From positions 6,614,476-6,678,475 of the forward strand of contig CAJINV010000002.1 of the NCBI GenBank assembly GCA_905178155.1: DNA of 64,000 nucleotides. Reading direction: 5' to 3'. Shown in pieces: positions 57,201-64,000 of this stretch (positions are counted from its first letter, which is position 1; each line of letters starts with the position of its first letter). Under the pieces are notes generated by a model. The model was not told the DNA's origin and made no database searches. It saw only the letters and a program-made list of their open reading frames with translations. Position numbers and translations under genes: made by a program. The DNA is from Amoebophrya sp. A120. Lineage: Eukaryota; Protista; Dinoflagellata.

Positions 57201-58492
57201 AATACGTTGCCTCGCGTTTGAGCTCGGACACTGTTACTGCAGCAGAACCTCAAGATATGCCTTCCGAGCAAGACCGAACACCTCAAGAACTGCGACCGTC
57301 GTGCTGGTCTGAGGTAAGCAGTCGGCTGTTGAAAAACAACCGCTTAGCGCTGTCTCTAGACGAAACAACGTCGATTAGTGCCAGCCACGGGCGGCGTCCT
57401 CTTCAAGCACCACAAGCAGGCCGTCACCCACAGGCGCCTGCAGAACAGCCTCCGCAATTCTTTTCCGAGGAGACCGGGAGGACGATCACGAGGCGCTCGC
57501 GGTCCCTCGGTAGTTCTTTCTACAGCGGGTCATCTGCGAGGAGGGGAAGCAATCCCAGCTACTTGTTTCCTTCTGCGACTCTGCCTCTTGCTCGCGAGCG
57601 CAGTTTTTCTTGTAACGATAGCCGAATCGAGGTTGTGTCAGCCTCTCCCGGAGAATTCTCGGAGTCGAATCTTCTGACCCCTTTTGAACTCATCGAAGAC
57701 GATTCTTTATTTTTTGTCGACGAAGCGGAAGAGGCGATTTTGCACCCGTTCCCCAGAACTCTGAAATTCCGGATCCGCCGGCACCAGGAGCAGCTGCATG
57801 GTGCAAGATCTTTTTCAGAGCAGGACGGCAGGGATAGCATCCATAGTCTTCGGGGTCGCACAACAAGAGGACGGAGTAGGCTGGTGCCCGCGAGTAAAGT
57901 CAAACCTTTGTATGACGAGTTCGGATTCGCGTCGCATTGGTTTTCATCTTCATCTCCTGACGGCGCTGGAAACAAGTCTCTTAGAAGTTGCGACCACCGA
58001 GATCAAGAAACAAGCGTCTCTAGTGGTAGACAAGTAGACCTCCCATTTCGTCTTGTACACGGGCAACAGACTCGTCGTCCCCCACGCCAGGGCCCGCAGC
58101 CTATCAGTGTAGAAGTGGATGATCAGGAACTCGACCACAGTCGGAATTCGTCCCGAGCAGAAGCCCATGCTGAACTCTTCTTGCAACACCTGCCCTCTCC
58201 CAGTCGGGGTAGTGGGAGTGGAGCCGTCGGAGCGAATAACCACAAGACTCTCCGCCACCGGTCCTGTTTGTTCTCGAGGAAGTGGAGCGACCGGGCCGCG
58301 AGAGTGACAGGACCTCCCCGGGGAAGCGCAACAACGAAGACATCATCTTCCAGAAATAGCTCTTTCATGATCGACCGGTCGGAATACCAGCGAATCCAAA
58401 AGATCCACGAAAGCACGGTCAAGATACAGAGATGGTGGAGTATCACACTGAAAAAAGCTGCGAGCGTGGTAGCCCTGGGTATTTGTATGTAA
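51224..58492 (+). CDS. Highly divergent myosin-like protein, 2422 aa uninterrupted ORF
   Basis: SH3-like start (LVWFP..GQV), NLLQRHAQGLVFT..LLILNPW, LPEHLF, FLIACVSSN..KFDPTFVERQL and terminal IQ-like KIQRWW. The 3' end may be spliced further. Confidence 0.55.
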   Translation: MVVPRSSSNSSTSSSSSSSSSRNKARLVWFPVREDISRSQHHDPSFAAVAYYHAGQVLGEDATTFTIRPLAVPGNEGASSSKSTSRAVSPRHLHELMVLAKHEVVDPQTAACSRTGTVDPAADCFASPVLCSLNLLQRHAQGLVFTVLRPPGGLRGNKPRESDAKSLLILNPWRRNSHLKKHAGGATSVDDVASSELAAYRSMMSHAYGDKIGRAYVAEFARKQKKRQSEGIPASGVNTSGDGEQRQQLPEHLFQFLLNASSPSSLPQPGLGHGASVVKFYIAGTSDDKWGKMSALQQAFLLLTQTDRTMQDETSPAPDEFSETIKLLAELLFHGASCPLWSFCPPRVTITKDHSRDAVRSIELHIPVATKMQCEEEEGDDGVQAQAGDAGQGKNEETTGRCLPSLHTLPAAIRALVDHLQLPILIDFEDETQSVSQLTTRIIMGVNAKLASVFARRSKEMEGDSDLAYEYDTDGQQIVQLATMPNSRGMLSTTSSPRAAANYSSQNDFKRFLRDVVSFWDFRTHFPKFQLPVDFWQLCGALYQTTSKEELVSSGCLDDLCQVDLENVDQLLLQLPMPWVVLVPTDSSQDKPRGQSLSHDETAIATYRISNEHWFSLEAKQALEKMEVLLEEEFQQQPVPNAGANFFLIACVSSNAEEQAHKFDPTFVERQLEILQVPHDLVLTPSTSSATTAVGGTPSDNSPDWFVFRKQDFLHLQQVVPLSSVRDQNQNCQERHDLHGELPGDVETVNLIVQNKLPVSSSCLARTTDGAEDPGVHDEERWRVFQKWFPGWTDPTEKFVYANQQLLETLARLPDVVGPIEGAGDVQYIAEEVVGDEQERELQQQDQQDDNFCKNFSAGAELCAAAGPEELGVGDDPVVVEMRPVGAASADFYTPAQDEMEVEFQDNIPTDYANAAASWGREHEQMQNSPTTTSNLRAFTEVHEQQQQPQQKDNLLSSQILEKSYNDLQRQAEEVLRKLSEQDDELQHAVSVENSLESFHTLEKVEKQQHRLLPKYQVDSLEISEENRRREAQVYHGNRPRPRHGSTLSHSSLSRSRTPSPEKMRVDYLRESHQSDLSGDAARLSRSASLRRRDGQSEASARTADYAGSSSSSQLSSKNKTPPRRKKPSGQGKLKLTPPGGGAASGNGTTNFMSARSSTASGLMPCHRNKIAAASKNKAATARSAVGAKRDESTEPGEDDQREKEFPQSPVRVTRRGRVNSPAKLTATTLKAEEIFGEQGRAQEDNQEAYDCDRVGVARRGKTTFSTDVVAAASSSLVIEEDQQQGLPRGLPGARAEDLFYSTVKAPGVKSGKNADVVEEKYYNTAKDQSRTGHGANNSREMTQAPSDIASTTTLPVGRGTTQELHRSTPSSSTVVPLFYGAVSPPDASFTGDTGGSAAAPAETAAVSPSAVTSSSATAFNATATAATAEHGLSGQRSFPAGSASKTSSQNSSTSTSSSSSSKMQPDHSNSLRGSANSDQPWYFSQKILGGMGSSSSIDSLTTGAVSCQTVAQSLSSRQPTTSLVDTAKNLVASHEMNENDQQNKHAVQKPVDLLNQSATYGTGAMDFLMTSTTSHSESTKVPHSACSSNTLEDSVQRHHMQLSTERSKKNEEPQHTSSGQQGGAHNFALQGSPVPCSSEKTFLGTNQNTPDTDLGAMNFFAANDSNGASCNSSAEKGKTHNNFLQGRTQQSFSSSPGLVNVNINFDEEELLHELQKTKMKTVPVPVVVAGGGGETTPATSTAGNKTRTNTLSDMQQCGGTGTKNYNPTTSGSDSEDVESLIRNLPRMMCEQGDDFEPSESRLKEVLEQDEILLEPLGRDDQHFNNGDVGAGGQQEANENDGIQHVVLSSSGTPLEQIPEGDEEVEGEDAMSGGAGGGYLQDVNETEVTNLVMEEECNTDVQRSCSVAREKSVASDEKLVLVLKPFVEQKEEIGETRSSFRSSDFIPVPRAGAGPMAPLPPLESSVTGAATADVDDGQSIVNEHQDDQRVNGEYVASRLSSDTVTAAEPQDMPSEQDRTPQELRPSCWSEVSSRLLKNNRLALSLDETTSISASHGRRPLQAPQAGRHPQAPAEQPPQFFSEETGRTITRRSRSLGSSFYSGSSARRGSNPSYLFPSATLPLARERSFSCNDSRIEVVSASPGEFSESNLLTPFELIEDDSLFFVDEAEEAILHPFPRTLKFRIRRHQEQLHGARSFSEQDGRDSIHSLRGRTTRGRSRLVPASKVKPLYDEFGFASHWFSSSSPDGAGNKSLRSCDHRDQETSVSSGRQVDLPFRLVHGQQTRRPPRQGPQPISVEVDDQELDHSRNSSRAEAHAELFLQHLPSPSRGSGSGAVGANNHKTLRHRSCLFSRKWSDRAARVTGPPRGSATTKTSSSRNSSFMIDRSEYQRIQKIHESTVKIQRWWSITLKKAASVVALGICM

Positions 58493-59900
58493 TTCGTAGA
58501 AATTGTTGAAAGTGAAAAAAAAACAGTATTTGATGGGCGAGTTACTGGCATGCTGCTTGTGATGAATAATTCTATCATGCATCCATGACATACTTTTTTT
58601 CTGTGAGTAGCTTAGGTTAACGAATAGCTAGCTTTTTTCTACTCTGGCATACAGAAAAGCCTGCTCTTACACCGAGAATTTTCCCGGCTTGCGTGCTCAA
58701 TCCGGCGACGGCAGAGCGAATTGGCTGATCTCTCAACACGCCGCTCGGCGATGGAAATGCTCCGGTGTTTTGCAGTGTGTTTTGGCGAAAGCGTATCATA
58801 GAGAAAATTGATATTAGAACAATGGGCTTGCATCTGCTGCTTATTTCGCAGTATGTTTCTTTTTTTGCATTTGATATTTGAATTTGTCTTCGGGCGCTCC
58901 AACCCTTCCGCTTCGATGTGGTCAAAAAGAGGTGTACTACATATGTAGACGTCATGTCAACTGGTGACCTCTATGCAAGCGCAATCTGAATGTTCACTTT
59001 TCTCTATGATATGCAGGGAGACAGCTGGTGCAGGAAAGCCTTATTTGGGCGACCGAGGTATTGGAGGAAAGCGATGGAAAATGAGAACTCAGTACTACTG
59101 TTGAAGCTGATTGTCCTCTATGTCAGTCAGGATGAAGAGAACAAAAACATGACAGTGGAAGCAATCTGAATCTGTCCGAAGAAGAAATCTGCGCCGGAAC
59201 AAGATGTAGATCATATATAACACGGCGCAAAAAGTTTTTTTTGCGAAGATGTGGTGTTCACCATCAATGCTTCGGTCAAGATCCCGGATCACGCAATGAC
59301 CCCGCCTAGGAAATCTACTTCATGACATTTTCGTAAAAAAAAAAAATTGAAGTCAGTATGAGAAATGCGGATCCTCTTTCCATTGCCCCCTCACAATTCA
59401 GCGGGGAGACGAACAAATTCAAAGTGTTACATGATTACAGCCACTACAAAAGAGAAAGGCGCACTCAAATTCATATAGATCATTTTGATCATGTTGATGA
59501 TGATGATATTGATCAATGTACTTGGTAGGATCTTCGTTCCGATGCTTATCGAAGTGGTCGTCGCCACAAGAAACATCACCGTCATTTCATTTGATAGGTT
59601 CAGGTTAGAAGTTTGCAAGAACAGCAAAAGCTGAAATAAAGCCGAACCCTTGCAGTTGCAGCTCACGCTGGAAACTTGGACTTTTCATGGATGTTTTTTG
59701 TTTTGATTTTCAATTTGATTTCGTGTGTAATTGTATGGCCAAAAAGTAATTGCTATTTTTCGCTGCCACTAGTTATAGTTTAAGTTTTAGCAGATGATGT
59801 CATGCAATAAGTTTTAAGCTCAAATCAAACCTAGCCTGATTCCATGCAATGTTTCTTGCATGTTTTATGCATGACAAATTGCGAATTTCTATTTTAGCAG

Positions 59901-62900
59901 ATGATGTCGTGTGCTCGACGGGTTGTCTCTGTTTTCGCAGTGGTTGTTTATTATTTGCAGCTTTCTCTGCTGGAGGAAATTCGTATATGGAAATTTATCA
60001 CTCCGTGCAGCGCAGCCGGTGCCGGGAGCGGCAGCAACAAACCTCCGCGCCCGCCAAGCAATGGCAGCAGCAGCAGCCCGTCCCGAGACAGTAGGGGAAC
60101 AACTAGTCCTCGCTCGCGCCGTTCTAGATATTCCAGCAGTTCCGGCAGAGCACGAGGCGGCCCTAGCGCGTCGACGTCCGCGAGCGGACGAGGTCGACGT
60201 GGGTCCTCGAGAAGTTCGCGTCGAGGACAAGAAGGCCCAGCGACCGGAAACGCACAGGATCTCGCCAAACAACTGCGGTCTTTGGCGCTGCAGAAACGGC
60301 GCGGAGAAGAACCGACATCTTCAAACTCTGGCGCCCTTGTAGCAAATACAGCGTCAACAGGTGGCTCGTCGTTGTCGCGCACAAGCTCCGCCGCGCACCG
60401 TGTTGCGGACTCGGTAGCGGCTAGTAGCGTCGCCAGCATTCTTTCCATCGAACAAGGTGCTTCATCTATGTCTGCCGAAGTCAAGGAGGACTCCGAAAAT
60501 GAGTCTGATTTTGAGCTGGACTGTGACATTGAACTTGATCGTACGCGGCCCGAGGCTACATCACGAGATAATAATGCTCAGCCAGCGCAACAAGAGGCTG
60601 CGCGTTCCTCTTGCCCTGCCGCAGCAGCGGAAGAAAGGCCCCAAGGAAATCAAGGGTGTCAAGAGGAGAAGAAAAAAAAAGGACGTAAATTCTCCTTCGA
60701 CGTTGTGACTGCCAGAAAAGTACTCGCAAATGCTAAGCGCATGGCCACGGAGGAAACGCAGCGACAGCTGCGGGCACACGGCATTATTTTGCCGGATGCG
60801 TTGCTACCTGGAGGAGGTGGTCGTGCCCCGAAAAGCCAATCGGACGATTTCCGACCAGCGCCAAGGTCAGGAACGTCAACACGAAGCGGGCCGCAGCAAG
60901 TTATTTTCGGTGGCCTCTTTAATCGGAGTAAAACGACAAAAAAGGCGAAGAAGCCCGCTTCACCTCCCCCTCCGAAAGGCGATGACCCTCCCAGCAGTGA
61001 CGGCGACCCAGTGGCGGGCACGCCCCTGCCTATCTTTCCGATCGTGCGCGGTAGTTTTTTGGTCAAGGACTATGTCTCAAAACGCCCGATCGCCGTGGTG
61101 ACAAACGAAAACACCCGTGAAGCGCTGGAAAATCTCGAGGCGTGGAAGAAGAAGTATCTGAAACGGCAGCACGCAACCCACAAGGTCTTCTTCACGGAAC
61201 GTCTGCAGCGTCTTGTGAACAAGTACTGGAACGGGAAAAACTTGGCCGCGCCGAAGTCCTTGGACTTGGCCCGGATGCTCCCGACCGTTGTGGTCGCTGA
61301 CAGGAACAGAGGCTCGCGGTATGCGACCAGCGGGCTGGTCACCGGAGAAGACCTATCTTTCGCGGTAAACGATATTTTAGACCAAGATGTTGTGACGGAG
61401 ATGGTGTTGGAAGACGAAACAGTACTACAGTTCATCCGCGAAGAGAAAGAGAAGCAGAACTTGTTATTTCAAACCTACCAGCAGGTGGAGGACGAGAAAT
61501 GGAAACTTCGGCCGCAAGCGGACGACGAATTCCGGCTGGAAAACGGCGTGCACGCGTGGCGCTTTGGCACGCTCTTCGATCTGGGTTTGCCGAAGGCGAG
61601 CGATTATGTTGAAATGTCAGCGAATGAGGTGGGAGTTGATGCCGAACAAGCATATGAGAGATGGCAAAGGTTGAAAAATCGGCTGCGCCACCCAGTCCAA
61701 CAGGCGAATGACAGCGAGGCTTATTTTTTTGGTTATCCCACGGGGCTGGTAACTCTTCCAGACGTGTTTTTGGCCGCGCGGGCGACGAAGGAGCGGCAGC
61801 TTCTGAGGACTGCAAGTTTTTCATCTGCCATGATTCCAGGAGGATCTGCTTCATCTGGAGTAGATCATCTCCAATCCCCGGTGGCAAGTGGAAGCGGAGG
61901 TGCGACCACGTCCTACGACGGCACAACCGCTGCTTATTTTGCAACTGGTGCAATTACAAATAACGAGGATTTTTACATCATGTCGACGTCGGCCTCCGCA
62001 TGCGATCCAGCCCTACAGGAAGTTGCATCGTCCCGCTCGTCTCTGGTTCAAGATAAAACCATTGTCACGGAAGTGCTCGCTCTCACAACCTCCACGTCTC
62101 ATCGGCACCTGTATCGAGATGCAAGCGAAGATATTGATCAACACGAGCTTGCTCCCGCCATTGCCAGCACTGACCCGCATTCCTACGAGGGAATCTTTTA
62201 CACGAAACTCTGCAACTGGCTGCATCACTTACTCGTGACCGGGTGGATATTCGTTCCCGATCCCGAGGATGAAAATAACCGGGCGGTCAAACAGTGGCAT
62301 CCGTTCCACCTCGCCGTTCAAGCGCTTTTCCAAACGGACGAGGAGACCCGGCGATTTCAGGGCGGCGACCGACAGATGCTGCGCGAACCGTGGTTGGATG
62401 ATGATGGGAACCTCGACGTGGGTATCTACTTCCCGACTGCCTGCAAAAGGCTTTTGCAACAGATGTGGGAAAATTTGGATCAAATGGTGTACACGTTCAA
62501 CTTTCCCAAGCTGGCGAAGAGCTTTTTAGTGGACGAGGACACATATCACGCTGTGCTTTTGAAGACGTCGGAAGCCGCTTCAACATCTACTGAAGATCAT
62601 GTCGTTGTTGCCAAGAAAAATGTTGACTCTCTGTTGCGAAGGAGTAGAAATAGAAAATTAGGATATCAGCTGCACGGTGGTCAACAAGGCGTAGAAAAAA
62701 GCGAAAAACCCCCAGAAGCTGCAGATGAAGCACGTACAAGAACTCTAGCACTAGCTGAGCAAGAAGTAACCGACGACGACGTCTGCCCTTTTGTCTTGTA
62801 CGGCACCAGCATGGGCGAAATGGACCGCTTTAACGAAGAATTGCAGGAGAGGAGCAGCAGCTGTGGCGCAGTAGCCGGCGCTTCCACTCCTCATGTGGGA

Positions 62901-64000
62901 CAAGCCAAGTATGCTGCTGCAACAACGACTACCTCTACCGGCGGAGCGACAGGAAGCAGTGGAGCAGCTCCCACCGTGGACTTAATAGAGCCGTTGCGGG
63001 AAGCTTACTTCCGCAACTCCGTTTCGACATCGGGTGCAGCTCGGACTGCCGCAGAAAGCCCTGCTAGACGCCGGGGGTCCACTGCTCTATTTGGGAGACA
63101 TTCCGTGAAGAAGAGCACCAAATTTCCGAGACCAGTGCAGCGGCAGAGTACTAGCGAAGGGCACGGGGAGGAGGGTGCTGCAGGGGCGACTACTGCCTCT
63201 CCTGCTGCTGATGAATCGCATAGTACCCGGGGGGTGGACGAAGTACAATTAGGTGCTGCGGTGCAGCAGGATAAAGAGCTGCGAGATGATGTTCTTGCTC
63301 AGGAACAAAATCAGGAGGACCTAGCACCACGGAAGAGGTTGGAGATTTCGTTCGACGATGCTCAACACCGCGAGGCCTTTCGCGACAGATTTCCTCGCTC
63401 GGAGATTGCTGACCTGGGGTACGATTGGGAACGAGACATCGTCAAGAGCACACGAGATAAATCCCTCTTTTGGGAGAAGGAGCTCCTGGGTGCCAGTTTT
63501 TCTCCGGACCTTGCCCGAGCTTCGAGGCCGAAGTCCATGCGGCTGACTAGGTTGAGGAGAACCGATGCAGATCCAGACTTTCGCGGAAACCTGGCCTCAA
63601 ATAATGTCGTGCACCAGTACGCAAAGACGGTTTTCAACAAGTGGCTGCCCGCTGCGGCGTGCCCAAGTATGACCGCGTTTCAGAAAAAGCTACGCGACGC
63701 GCGCAAAGAGCTGGACGAGGTTGTGGTTTTAGACTTCATGGCGCACTATCGATCCATCCTGTTCTCCCGCCGCAAAGACGACTGCGAACGAATTCTGTTC
63801 GGCAAGGAAAGGAGGCACAAGGGAGGAGCATCTGCAGAGAAAAAAGAGCACAGCGGCAACGTAGAAAACCGGTTTTGCGACTTCGAGAGTGAACACCTCT
63901 GGCAGTGGAGTGTCGTACTCTACTGGGATTGGAACCCGTATGGGACGGTCACGTGGGAAATCGTCCAAATAGAGAGAAATTCTGTGCATGATAAAGAAAA
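59901..64000 (+). CDS. Large hypothetical protein (>1360 aa), truncated by the window edge; absent from the ORF track
   Basis: ATG 59901 follows TAG 59895-59897. Frame reads MMSCARRVVSVFAVVVYYLQLSLL... and appears open to the end (...IVQIERNSVHDKE). Signal-peptide-like start. Confidence 0.7.
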   Translation, partial: MMSCARRVVSVFAVVVYYLQLSLLEEIRIWKFITPCSAAGAGSGSNKPPRPPSNGSSSSPSRDSRGTTSPRSRRSRYSSSSGRARGGPSASTSASGRGRRGSSRSSRRGQEGPATGNAQDLAKQLRSLALQKRRGEEPTSSNSGALVANTASTGGSSLSRTSSAAHRVADSVAASSVASILSIEQGASSMSAEVKEDSENESDFELDCDIELDRTRPEATSRDNNAQPAQQEAARSSCPAAAAEERPQGNQGCQEEKKKKGRKFSFDVVTARKVLANAKRMATEETQRQLRAHGIILPDALLPGGGGRAPKSQSDDFRPAPRSGTSTRSGPQQVIFGGLFNRSKTTKKAKKPASPPPPKGDDPPSSDGDPVAGTPLPIFPIVRGSFLVKDYVSKRPIAVVTNENTREALENLEAWKKKYLKRQHATHKVFFTERLQRLVNKYWNGKNLAAPKSLDLARMLPTVVVADRNRGSRYATSGLVTGEDLSFAVNDILDQDVVTEMVLEDETVLQFIREEKEKQNLLFQTYQQVEDEKWKLRPQADDEFRLENGVHAWRFGTLFDLGLPKASDYVEMSANEVGVDAEQAYERWQRLKNRLRHPVQQANDSEAYFFGYPTGLVTLPDVFLAARATKERQLLRTASFSSAMIPGGSASSGVDHLQSPVASGSGGATTSYDGTTAAYFATGAITNNEDFYIMSTSASACDPALQEVASSRSSLVQDKTIVTEVLALTTSTSHRHLYRDASEDIDQHELAPAIASTDPHSYEGIFYTKLCNWLHHLLVTGWIFVPDPEDENNRAVKQWHPFHLAVQALFQTDEETRRFQGGDRQMLREPWLDDDGNLDVGIYFPTACKRLLQQMWENLDQMVYTFNFPKLAKSFLVDEDTYHAVLLKTSEAASTSTEDHVVVAKKNVDSLLRRSRNRKLGYQLHGGQQGVEKSEKPPEAADEARTRTLALAEQEVTDDDVCPFVLYGTSMGEMDRFNEELQERSSSCGAVAGASTPHVGQAKYAAATTTTSTGGATGSSGAAPTVDLIEPLREAYFRNSVSTSGAARTAAESPARRRGSTALFGRHSVKKSTKFPRPVQRQSTSEGHGEEGAAGATTASPAADESHSTRGVDEVQLGAAVQQDKELRDDVLAQEQNQEDLAPRKRLEISFDDAQHREAFRDRFPRSEIADLGYDWERDIVKSTRDKSLFWEKELLGASFSPDLARASRPKSMRLTRLRRTDADPDFRGNLASNNVVHQYAKTVFNKWLPAAACPSMTAFQKKLRDARKELDEVVVLDFMAHYRSILFSRRKDDCERILFGKERRHKGGASAEKKEHSGNVENRFCDFESEHLWQWSVVLYWDWNPYGTVTWEIVQIERNSVHDKE

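Noticed and set aside
506-63989. Minus-strand ORFs overlapping the large + strand genes
   Set aside because: Antisense shadows of coding sequence with no recognisable domains.

Overview
Eukaryotic nuclear DNA. About 12 protein-coding genes, all on the + strand: a hypothetical protein, UBC9, a 2OG-Fe(II) dioxygenase-like protein, a large coiled-coil protein, EMC8/9, GPATCH1, a hypothetical protein, a TBC-like protein, a membrane-anchored thermonuclease, a RING protein, a divergent myosin-like protein and a long ORF running off the right edge. The dominant feature is 21 clear (plus 2-3 decayed) 150-320 bp MITE-like elements with TAT...ATA termini, imperfect terminal inverted repeats (TIRs; about 7 families) and 5-bp target-site duplications (TSDs). 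Nearly all interrupt coding exons. Removing the element plus one TSD restores the reading frame in every exonic case, usually without GT-AG ends, so they behave as non-canonical introner introns. This architecture matches what is known for the syndinian dinoflagellate parasite Amoebophrya (inferred, not confirmed). Details that look new: an internal TTGT[ACG]ATGC motif shared by unrelated TIR families, a recurring 44-45 nt spacing between adjacent elements, end polarity independent of element orientation, and a ~5.2 kb TIR-bounded, GC-rich, internally palindromic intron in GPATCH1. No transposase, RNA gene or CRISPR array was recognised. All coordinates were read by eye.
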